From assembly GCA_946002055.1 (NCBI GenBank), contig CAMFYL010000004.1, positions 5,415 to 69,414 on the forward strand: a stretch of DNA of 64,000 bases. The letters are read 5' to 3'. A model generated the notes under the pieces. The model made no database searches. It was given only the letters and a program-made list of their open reading frames with translations, and was not told where the DNA came from. Positions 20,481 through 28,701 of this stretch are shown here, in pieces. This stretch comes from an uncultured Roseburia sp. GTDB lineage: Bacteria; Bacillota; Clostridia; Lachnospirales; Lachnospiraceae. Both the position numbers and the translations under genes were made by a program. The stretch's first letter is position 1, and the number at the start of each line of letters is the position of its first letter.

Positions 20481-20888
20481 TCACCTGCGTTCAAGAAGAA
20501 CAACGGTGTCTCGATACTGAAGCACGGTCTCCCCCCTGGGTGGAATTATGAGTCAACATGTCCTCTCCGCGCAGAACCACCGCCGCATACAGGCCCTCCG
20601 GCAAAGCCAATTCCTGTAGCTTCTTACCCACAAAGGGATGCGTATGGCCAATATCCAAGATGACAAAGTCATCATTTCGTTGTGAATAGGTTCCCATCTT
20701 AATCTTAGAGTAGTATTCCACAAACCCCGCACTGATAATACCGGTAGAAATGTCACCCCGATGCTCAAAAGAATCAATACAGAAATCACCACATCAAAGG
20801 TGGTACTAATCAAATCTGTCTTGTTTCCAATCTGAATCACATCAAAGATTCTCTTCTTTACAGAACTGCTTTGTCTCACCTCATCCAT
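20481..20888 (-). pseudogene. Internally deleted, frameshifted ion (K+) channel with TrkA-C domain
   Basis: Three frames: N-terminus (KKRIFDVI...FDVVISVLILLS), then post-pore TGIISAGFVEYY...GKKLQELALPEG...VLRGED, then IIPPRGETVLQYRDTVVLL*; pore region absent. Confidence 0.75.
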
Positions 20889-20902
20889 TTTCCATCTCCA
20901 TA

Positions 20903-21529
20903 CTATGCAACATACTTGTCTGCCATACGTTTGACTTGTGGAATCAACATTCCACCAATACTATTTCCCAAAGTCATAAGCAAGATATAGCCAAATGCCT
21001 TCCCGGACCAGGCATGTCCCATACTAAAGTAAAACATATTGGCGATACAGTGTTCAAACCCACAGAGAATAAACACGCTGACACAGAGAAATAAAATCAA
21101 AGGGTTTTTGGTCTCCTTAAATCCATCCACTGCCACAAACATTAAAACACCACAAAAAATTGCAAGAATCAATGCACTAATCACGGACTGTTCCAATTTG
21201 GCGGCACTGACTTGTGCCGCTACTTCACTGAGAAAAGAAAGTTTAGAGCACTGCATTCCCATTGCCCCCAACCATGTACCTGCCAGATTTCCAAGCCAGG
21301 TAAAAAGCAATACGGGTATATAGCCAATCTTGTCTTCCACCGTTGCCAGATATCCAATCTTACCTGTGTACAAAAACAGACCATTTAACACAATGATATA
21401 GAGCCCCACCGTAAAGAACAGCGCCCCCAGTATCTTATTCTCCGTTACCAGAAAAATACAACCCCCTATGGAAATTGCTAAGCCTGCCAATACTGCCAGG
21501 AAAAACACACTGATACATTTCTTGCCCAT
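20903..21529 (-). CDS. Formate/nitrite transporter family protein
   Basis: LYTGK, WLGNLAG, GFEHCIANMFY, GNSIGG. Confidence 0.9.
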   Translation of the reverse strand: MGKKCISVFFLAVLAGLAISIGGCIFLVTENKILGALFFTVGLYIIVLNGLFLYTGKIGYLATVEDKIGYIPVLLFTWLGNLAGTWLGAMGMQCSKLSFLSEVAAQVSAAKLEQSVISALILAIFCGVLMFVAVDGFKETKNPLILFLCVSVFILCGFEHCIANMFYFSMGHAWSGKAFGYILLMTLGNSIGGMLIPQVKRMADKYVA

Positions 21530-21533
21530 ACTT

Positions 21534-22112
21534 CTATCTCCTTTTCTTTCTTCGGTTAGCAATGTAGCCCACAACAGCACCGATAATGCCTCCCACAATG
21601 TGGGCCATCTGAGATACATTATCCGCAACAGCCACGCCTTGAATTACCTGTTGGCCTATATAAATAGCAGCCACAATGATAAAGGTCAGGGGAATCTCTC
21701 CCTCTCGAAATCCCGTAAAGGATGCCATTAGAATAAAAGCAAATACCACACCGCTGGCACCACACAGTGCCACGTTGGGAAAGAATATGTAATTAATCAA
21801 TCCGGTAGCCAGGGCTGTGATTCCAATCACCATCATCAAAGCCCTAGAGTGATACTTTTCCTCCAACATAGGCCCCAGTAAAAGCACATATCCCATATTG
21901 CCGAGAAAATGTTCCCAGCCGGCATGCCCAAACACATGGGTTACAAAGCGCAGATATGTAAGGGGATCTCGCAGAGAGGAATGATATGTCATAAATAAAA
22001 GTTCATTGCTTCTCCCATTGGTCCAGCCATTTACCAGGGTAGCCAGAAAACATATGGATACAAATCCCAGAATCACCGGAGCATTAAATGTTATTTTTAA
22101 TTTGCTCTTCAT
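21534..22112 (-). CDS. Rhomboid intramembrane serine protease
   Basis: HFLGNM, GASG, AHIVG. Confidence 0.9.
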   Translation of the reverse strand: MKSKLKITFNAPVILGFVSICFLATLVNGWTNGRSNELLFMTYHSSLRDPLTYLRFVTHVFGHAGWEHFLGNMGYVLLLGPMLEEKYHSRALMMVIGITALATGLINYIFFPNVALCGASGVVFAFILMASFTGFREGEIPLTFIIVAAIYIGQQVIQGVAVADNVSQMAHIVGGIIGAVVGYIANRRKKRR

Positions 22113-22140
22113 CTTGCACCTCCAAAATCGTCAGGCTTCA

Positions 22141-22257
22141 TTATACCATAAAGACGTCAGACGAGCGAACATATTTATTTTCCCGTTCCAAAAACTTACA
22201 AATGCACAGAAGGGCTTCTTCCAGCCCTTCAACATCGACGTTGGAGTAGTTCAAAAT
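22141..22257 (-). pseudogene. C-terminal remnant of a probable MocR/PdxR-family regulator
   Basis: ILNYSNVDVEGLEEALLCICKFL resembles a MocR-family C-terminus; abuts the pdxT remnant divergently. Confidence 0.45.
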
Positions 22258-22398
22258 ATAGGTATCTTAACCGTTTAGGGAGCATTTATAGAGCACGAAA
22301 AGATGTTGCAGTCTATGGGATGCGATTACATAGAAATTCGAAAGAAATCCGACTTGTGTCCTTTTGATGATCCGGTGTTACCCGGAGGCGAGCTGTGA
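22258..22398 (+). pseudogene. pdxT: PLP synthase glutaminase subunit remnant
   Basis: IGILTV*GAFIEHEKML...EIRKKSDL..FDDPVLPGGE matches the PdxT N-terminus (IGVLALQGAF.EH...LPGGES); internal TAG, no start codon, truncated. Confidence 0.8.
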
Positions 22399-22407
22399 TA
22401 AGCGGCT

Positions 22408-23034
22408 TCACGAATCATTTATCAAGTTATGCCAATCAATGGGCTCATCTTTATAAAAAAACTCCCTGTCGTGTTCCCCCACTTCTCGGAGAACGCGACA
22501 AGGGTTGCCCACTGCAACTACATTGTCCGGAATATCCTTGGTCACCACGCTTCCTGCACCGATAACTACATTCCGTCCAATGCGAACTCCCGGCACAATC
22601 ACTGCGCCGGCACCAATCCAGGTATTTTCCCCGATATACACGTCTTTGTTATATTGATAGTTCTTAGCTCTCAACTCCTCATTGATAGGATGATTTGCTG
22701 TGGCAACGGTCACATTGGGGCCGAACATTACATGGTCTCCGACATAAATATGACCATCGTCCACTAGAGTGAGATTAAAGTTAGCATATACCCAATCTCC
22801 AAAATGTACATGTGCCCCACCCCAATTAGCGTAAAATGGCAACTCGATATAGCAGTTATCTCCGCAATCTGCAAATACTTCCTTCATATATCTAGTCTTG
22901 CCCTCACTGTCAGAGGGTTTCAGTCTGTTAAATTCCCAAAGCTTATCCAGATAGGGCATCTGAGCCTCCATAATCTTTGAATCTCCCGGATCGTAAATCA
23001 GCCCCGCTTTCATTCTCTCGCGCTGTGTCATCAT
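22408..23034 (-). CDS. Maltose/galactoside O-acetyltransferase
   Basis: Hexapeptide repeats; GPNVTVATANHP, WIGAG, GAGSVVTKDIP, GNPCRV. Confidence 0.9.
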   Translation of the reverse strand: MMTQRERMKAGLIYDPGDSKIMEAQMPYLDKLWEFNRLKPSDSEGKTRYMKEVFADCGDNCYIELPFYANWGGAHVHFGDWVYANFNLTLVDDGHIYVGDHVMFGPNVTVATANHPINEELRAKNYQYNKDVYIGENTWIGAGAVIVPGVRIGRNVVIGAGSVVTKDIPDNVVAVGNPCRVLREVGEHDREFFYKDEPIDWHNLINDS

Positions 23035-23050
23035 AACCTTCCCCTCTTCT

Positions 23051-25486
23051 CTAGGCCTGCACTCTATCCTCTTCCAACATCTGTTTAAACAGAGCAATCA
23101 CATCTTTATAACTCTTCGGTGGGGAGAAATAATATCCCTGTATCACGTCACAGTCCAACTCTTTTAGGAAGTCCAACTGATACTTTTCTTCCACACCTTC
23201 CGCCACAACCTTCATTCCTTTAAAATGTGCCAATTCTATGGTATGCTTCAGCAATTCGTCGCCACCAGCATCGCCGATTAAATCAATCAAAGACTTATCC
23301 AGCTTAATGGCATCCAATGGCAGTACGTTAAAGCTTGCCAGGGAGGATACTCCCACACCAAAGTCATCTAAGTGCAATTGGAATCCCGCCTTCTTCAACT
23401 CCGAGAGCTTATCTCCAATCAGCGTATTATTTACAGTGGCACTCTCTGTCAACTCCAGGGGGACGCATTTTACCGGAATACCAATCTGCTCCACAATGGC
23501 TTTATACCGCTCCACAGTCCCTTTGTGATGCAAGCTGGCTCTGGATAGATTAACGGAAATAGGAATCATATCATATCCCTTATCAATCCACCTTTTGATA
23601 CAGCGACACACTTTTTCAAACACATACTCATCCAGCTTCACGATTCGCCCATCTTCCTCAAATACGGGAATAAACTCACCTGGAGAAACAAAGGAACCAT
23701 CCTTCATCTGCCAACGTACCAGCGCTTCCGCTCCCACCATATTTTCTGTTTTGCTGTCGTATTTCGGTTGATACCAAACTACAAACTCTTCCCCTTCAAT
23801 GGCTGAATGGAATCTGGATTCATACATCTTTTTGCGGATATGAGCTTTACTAACAGGGCCATCATATGTAGCATAACTCTTCTCATAATCTCCTTTTATG
23901 CTCTTAGCAGCAAGAAAGGCTCGATCGCACATGGTTGATATTGTTAGTTGACGATCCACGTTTCGATAGGACCCACAGGACAAATCAATATGGGGAATTG
24001 GCGCTCCCTGGCTAACCCCATCCAACACAGATGTCATCCATTCTCTGGAATGCATATCGCTATGTCTGGCAAAAATTGCAAATTTGTCTCCATCAAAGCG
24101 GCTACAGATGCCATCCGGCACCACCTTTAGAATGTATTCAGCGATATATCTCAAAACATGGTCTCCCAGCTTCTGTCCGTGGATGCTATTGATTAATTTA
24201 AAATCATCCACATCAATCATTACCATATCAAAGGATGTATCTGGCTCCGCGTCAAGCATCTGCTTCACATGATGATAAAATGCCTGTCTTGTATATAGGC
24301 CGGTTAAATCGTCCACTTCAATCTGATTCAAGGTGCAGACAGATTCCTTCATCTGAATCAGATTACTGATACGCTTAATCACAATGGCTGGATCATATGG
24401 CTTCATAAAGAAATCTACAGCTCCTAAATCCAGACAGCGTTCTTCTAATTCTCTTGCAACTTCACCTGTCATTACAGCAATTGGTACCGAGGACAAAAGG
24501 GGATCCTTATGTGCCATCTCAAGAATCTCATAACCAGACATCTTTGGCATATTTAAGTCTGTTAAAACAATGGAAATCTCCTTGTACTGATCACGGAGAA
24601 TTTCCATCCCCTTTTCCCCGTCCTCCGCTTCCATCACATCATATTCCTCTTCCAGGAATTCCCGAAGCAAGGCCCGATTCATAAAATCATCTTCAATGAC
24701 CAAAATCTTACGTCTGTAACACTGTTTCCCGGAACATACCACTTCCTGAATCTTCTTCCGGCTCACGTCATTGTCTTCAGGAATAAAAGCAAAAACAATG
24801 TGCTTAAAATTGTCTGCATCCCCTACTCTTGCGCACTTCAGATAATAATAATGAATTTCATCTTTTCTAGCGACACGATAGTGGTAAATCATGGATTCCT
24901 TTTTTCGCAATTCCTGAATCAAAAAGTCCAAATCTGCCACTCTTCGCATGGTATCCTGATCTTCTATATACACGTTATGTGTAATATATGCATGAAACAA
25001 GGCATCAAAAGCATCACATCGCTGAAGCTTCTCATAGATGCCTTCTGCATCACCTGTGGAACGATAAGCTGTCACCTTGCCCGTCTCAACATTGACTCCA
25101 TATAAATCTCTGATATCAGAACTCAATACATGAACAACACCCAGCAGGCGAATTTCTTCGTCTACAGCAGGCAATGCCGTTACGGCCTCCTCCCCTTCTA
25201 CCAGGGTATTGAAAACAATGGCATACCCCTCCCCACCATCCTCAAGTGGTACTTTCACGGCGTCCACCATTTCCGTGGTATGACGCATAGGATCCTCGTA
25301 GGAATGGGGGCCTGCCACCCCATTATTTACAGGGCACCTGGGACACGGGGCATCTAAGTCCATAAACAACTTATAACACTTCTCGCCCTTTTTCATTTGC
25401 GGGTAAGAGTTTGCCACCACATCATTGAAGCTTATCAGTCTATATTCTCCATCAATTATATAAGCTCCAGAAGGTCTTTCACTCAT
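23051..25486 (-). CDS. REC-GGDEF(degenerate)-EAL c-di-GMP phosphodiesterase with N-terminal sensory region
   Basis: REC (IEDD, DLNMP, KP), GGDEF site reads DGDKF, intact EALVRW, DDFGVG, EGVE, QGYY. Confidence 0.88.
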   Translation of the reverse strand: MSERPSGAYIIDGEYRLISFNDVVANSYPQMKKGEKCYKLFMDLDAPCPRCPVNNGVAGPHSYEDPMRHTTEMVDAVKVPLEDGGEGYAIVFNTLVEGEEAVTALPAVDEEIRLLGVVHVLSSDIRDLYGVNVETGKVTAYRSTGDAEGIYEKLQRCDAFDALFHAYITHNVYIEDQDTMRRVADLDFLIQELRKKESMIYHYRVARKDEIHYYYLKCARVGDADNFKHIVFAFIPEDNDVSRKKIQEVVCSGKQCYRRKILVIEDDFMNRALLREFLEEEYDVMEAEDGEKGMEILRDQYKEISIVLTDLNMPKMSGYEILEMAHKDPLLSSVPIAVMTGEVARELEERCLDLGAVDFFMKPYDPAIVIKRISNLIQMKESVCTLNQIEVDDLTGLYTRQAFYHHVKQMLDAEPDTSFDMVMIDVDDFKLINSIHGQKLGDHVLRYIAEYILKVVPDGICSRFDGDKFAIFARHSDMHSREWMTSVLDGVSQGAPIPHIDLSCGSYRNVDRQLTISTMCDRAFLAAKSIKGDYEKSYATYDGPVSKAHIRKKMYESRFHSAIEGEEFVVWYQPKYDSKTENMVGAEALVRWQMKDGSFVSPGEFIPVFEEDGRIVKLDEYVFEKVCRCIKRWIDKGYDMIPISVNLSRASLHHKGTVERYKAIVEQIGIPVKCVPLELTESATVNNTLIGDKLSELKKAGFQLHLDDFGVGVSSLASFNVLPLDAIKLDKSLIDLIGDAGGDELLKHTIELAHFKGMKVVAEGVEEKYQLDFLKELDCDVIQGYYFSPPKSYKDVIALFKQMLEEDRVQA

Positions 25487-25561
25487 ACAACTAGCTCCTT
25501 TGTATCTACATCGTGTTTCTCATCTCATATCCCATTAGGCTATACTTGGCGACGAACCCCT

Positions 25562-26365
25562 CTACCAGGTGCGCCCTGACATACTTCTGAACTGGGCTAC
25601 CGTTGGCGTGTGGGTGTTAAGACCTCCGTCGCAAGTAAGAACCTGTCCATTCATATACTCCGCCTCATCGCTGGCAAGATACACGCATAAGTGACCAATG
25701 TCATCCGGTTTTCCGTAACGCTTTCCAAGAATATTTGACAGGAAAATATCCTTTAGGACATCCGGAATTCTACCTTCATTCTGAGGCGTAACAATCAACC
25801 CCGGACGAACACAGTTGCAACGGATGCCACTAGGTCCATACATACAAGCCACATACTCTGTCAACTTATCAACCCCCGCCTTGGCGCATGCGTATGCAAT
25901 GGTTCCAAGATCACCACCGGCACTTGCCATAGATCCAATATTTATAATGCTTCCACCCTTTTCATTCTTCATAAGATAAGGCAGCACCTCTTTGATCATA
26001 TTAAATGTGCCACCCAAATCGGTGGTTACGACAGCATTAAACTCATCCACACTAATTTCATCCACGCGACCGTCCTTCATCCCCATGCCTGCCGCGTTGT
26101 TAATAAGCACATCAATATGTCCGTATTTGTCTGCAACATCAACAATCAGTGCGTTCATAGAATCTCTGTCTGTCAGGTCAAATGCGTGGAACCATGCATC
26201 TCCGCCGTCACCTGTAATATCATCAACCACCTTCTGTCCACGCTCCACATTACGTCCGGTGATCACCACCTGTGCACCTTCTTTTGCGCAAAGTTTTGCA
26301 ATGCCAATACCGATTCCACTTGTTGAACCGGTTACAATTACTACTTTTCCTTCTAATCGATTCAT
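25562..26365 (-). CDS. SDR-family oxidoreductase (possibly hydroxysteroid dehydrogenase-like)
   Basis: TGSTSGIG, NNAA, YACAK, PG; RBS GGAGG. Confidence 0.85.
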   Translation of the reverse strand: MNRLEGKVVIVTGSTSGIGIGIAKLCAKEGAQVVITGRNVERGQKVVDDITGDGGDAWFHAFDLTDRDSMNALIVDVADKYGHIDVLINNAAGMGMKDGRVDEISVDEFNAVVTTDLGGTFNMIKEVLPYLMKNEKGGSIINIGSMASAGGDLGTIAYACAKAGVDKLTEYVACMYGPSGIRCNCVRPGLIVTPQNEGRIPDVLKDIFLSNILGKRYGKPDDIGHLCVYLASDEAEYMNGQVLTCDGGLNTHTPTVAQFRSMSGRTW

Positions 26366-26397
26366 ATCTTTTCCTCCATGCGTCTCATTCATTGGAA

Positions 26398-26487
26398 TTA
26401 ATAATTCTCTTCTCTCACCTCAAAATATGCCTGTGGGTGATTACATACCGGACATACCTCAGGTGCCTCCACATTTTTGACCTCATA
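26398..26487 (-). pseudogene. Rubrerythrin C-terminal remnant
   Basis: EAPEVCPVCNHPQAYFEVREENY*, with an in-frame stop just upstream and no start. Confidence 0.75.
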
Positions 26488-26488
26488 C

Positions 26489-27112
26489 TTAAGAACTTAC
26501 TTTTTCAAAATCAGATGCCGGATGCTTACATAGCGGACAAATATAGTCCTCCGGCAATTCTTTTCCCACATATTCATAGCCACAAACCGTACATCTCCAA
26601 ACGGTCTTACCGTCCTCTGTCTTCTTTATTTCCTGTGGTTTGGGCTTAATGTTATTCATATAATATTCATAGGTTGCTGATGGAGCGCTATCAAGCACTT
26701 CCATATCTGTAATCTGACCAATAAACATAGTATGGGAACCAAGATCTTCTGTCTTTTGCACATAGACAGAAATATATGCATTGGTTCCTTCTGTCACATA
26801 ATATACGTCATTAAAGCCTCTCTTACATGCCAAAAACTCTGCAAACTTGTCCACTTCTCTACCAGTCTGGAAACCAAAATGCTTAAACAAATCAAAGCTT
26901 GCCTTCTGACTTATCACAGAGACCGTAAACTTTTTGGTCTTCATGATCATATCGTGGGTGTAATTGGCCTTATTGACACAAATACTAATCTGATTGGGCT
27001 CAGATGCCGCCTGAATTGCTGTGTTAATGATGCATCCGTTGTCCTTATCCCCCTCCCGGGTAGTCAAGACAAAAAGTCCATAACTCAGCTTATACATCGC
27101 TTTCCTGTCCAT
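26489..27112 (-). CDS. Flavin reductase-rubredoxin fusion (high-molecular-weight rubredoxin type)
   Basis: LSYGLF, NGCIINT, GSHTMFIG; C-terminal WRCTVCGY...CPLCKH. Confidence 0.9.
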   Translation of the reverse strand: MDRKAMYKLSYGLFVLTTREGDKDNGCIINTAIQAASEPNQISICVNKANYTHDMIMKTKKFTVSVISQKASFDLFKHFGFQTGREVDKFAEFLACKRGFNDVYYVTEGTNAYISVYVQKTEDLGSHTMFIGQITDMEVLDSAPSATYEYYMNNIKPKPQEIKKTEDGKTVWRCTVCGYEYVGKELPEDYICPLCKHPASDFEKVSS

Positions 27113-27244
27113 TGTAAAATCCCCCTTTGCTAGTGTTACGATAATCCTATTATATCATTCGTGCGACAAAAGGAAAGAAAAATGTGGTATTTTTTGAAAA
27201 TTCATATTATAATCAGTATATACATTTTTCAGGAGGATAATAAT

Positions 27245-27667
27245 ATGACAATTGAATTTGATGATACTCTGGTAACAAAGAATGAACTTATCGACTCGCA
27301 GCACCAAGAATTGATATCACGAATTAAGCAATTCGTAGATAGCTGTGGCGAGAGCAGCGACAAATTTAAATCCATTAAGATGTTGGACTATCTTATCGAA
27401 TACACGGATTTCCATTTTACAGCGGAGGAAAAGCTACAGGAAGATGTTGGTTATCCCGGTCTGGAAGAGCACAGAAAAAAACATGAGGAATTCAAAAATA
27501 CCTTGCGCTCCTTAGAAGATTTCCTAAATGAATCCGAAGGACCAACAGAAGCCTTTGTGCAGCAAATCCAAAAGACCGTAGTGGACTGGTTATTTAATCA
27601 CATCAAAGCCTTTGACCGTTCGGTTGCCGAGTACATTTTTTTGACAGACAATCCAAATCGATTATAA
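27245..27667 (+). CDS. Bacteriohemerythrin
   Basis: IDSQH, HFTAEE, HRKKH, WLFNHIKAFD; RBS AGGAGG. Confidence 0.92.
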   Translation: MTIEFDDTLVTKNELIDSQHQELISRIKQFVDSCGESSDKFKSIKMLDYLIEYTDFHFTAEEKLQEDVGYPGLEEHRKKHEEFKNTLRSLEDFLNESEGPTEAFVQQIQKTVVDWLFNHIKAFDRSVAEYIFLTDNPNRL

Positions 27668-27725
27668 TGTTTCGGCCGTGATGAAAAACACCCATGACAG
27701 ACGCACTAAATTCGAGAATAACCAC

Positions 27726-27757
27726 AAAAAAAGGAACTTCGAAAGAAGTTCCTTTTT
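27726..27757. terminator. Bidirectional terminator
   Basis: AAAAAGGAACTTC-GAAA-GAAGTTCCTTTTT. Confidence 0.85.
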
Positions 27758-27759
27758 AG

Positions 27760-27831
27760 CTGGCCCACAAGGATTCGAACCTTGAAATGACGGAGTCAGA
27801 GTCCGTTGCCTTACCATTTGGCGATGGGCCA
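27760..27831 (-). tRNA. tRNA-Gln(CTG), CCA not encoded
   Basis: TGGCCCA acceptor stem, anticodon arm ACGGA-CT-CTG-AC-TCCGT, T arm GGTTCGAATCC. Confidence 0.96.
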
Positions 27832-27864
27832 ATATTCTGTTCGTCTTGCGACTCAACAATGGAT

Positions 27865-27893
27865 ATTATACAGAAGCACATACAAAAAATCAA
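27865..27893 (-). promoter_or_regulatory. SigA promoter of tRNA-Gln
   Basis: TTGATT-N17-TATAAT. Confidence 0.7.
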
Positions 27894-27925
27894 GTACTTT
27901 TTTTACTTTTTTTCAGAATGTATAT

Positions 27926-28573
27926 CTAGTCCAAAAAGAGTACCACTTCCCCCTTGTGATTGCCATATAAAACCTCGTCTCCCCAGGTAAGTTCTGCCGT
28001 ACCACTTGTCTTATCGGCTATCTCTTGCGGCAAACGTTCCCAAAGTGACTCATCTACGACAACTGCAATCTCCACATCTGTTCCAAAGACCGTATCAGAG
28101 ATTGGCACATTGTGCTCCCGCAAAATGTATTCAATCTTGCCGTATCCATTATAATCGGTAGAAATGGTAAGCATACGACCTAAGCTCTGCTCTACCACAG
28201 CACAGGCATCTAATCCTGCCTTGGTTGCCCCCTGATAAGCCCTCACCAGGCCACCGGTTCCCAAAAGCACACCGCCGAAATATCTTGTCACCACCACTAC
28301 CACATTGTACACATCTGCTCCAAGTAAAACATCCAGCATCGGTCTGCCCGCTGTCTGGGCCGGCTCACCATCATCGGAGCATCGCATAACTTCCTGATTT
28401 TTACCAATAATATAGGCATAACAGTTGTGTCTGGCATCCCAATATTCCTTTTTCTTAGCCGCAATAAAGTCCAGTGCCTCCTGCTCTGTTTTTACCGGCT
28501 GTACTGTAGCAATAAAACGAGATTTCTTCTCAACGATCTCGCCCTGCCCGCCTACATAAACAATTCTATTCAT
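27926..28573 (-). CDS. YigZ/IMPACT-family protein
   Basis: EKKSRFI, ARHNCYAY, DDGEP, TRYFGGVLLGTGGLVRAY. Confidence 0.93.
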   Translation of the reverse strand: MNRIVYVGGQGEIVEKKSRFIATVQPVKTEQEALDFIAAKKKEYWDARHNCYAYIIGKNQEVMRCSDDGEPAQTAGRPMLDVLLGADVYNVVVVVTRYFGGVLLGTGGLVRAYQGATKAGLDACAVVEQSLGRMLTISTDYNGYGKIEYILREHNVPISDTVFGTDVEIAVVVDESLWERLPQEIADKTSGTAELTWGDEVLYGNHKGEVVLFLD

Positions 28574-28701
28574 AAGCCTATCCTAATCGAGATTTTTCTT
28601 TATTATAAACGATATGTTTGGTATAATAAAGTGTCTATATATTTATTTCTTGAATGATCAGATGTACCTTACAATGAGGTGCATCTAAAAAGGAGAACAA
28701 C

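Noticed and set aside
22276-22278. In-frame TAG in pdxT as pyrrolysine or readthrough
   Set aside because: The gene also lacks a start and most of its length; a CAG-to-TAG nonsense change is simpler
27760-27831. tRNA-Gln as an island integration site
   Set aside because: No integrase and no duplicated tRNA 3' end seen in the window
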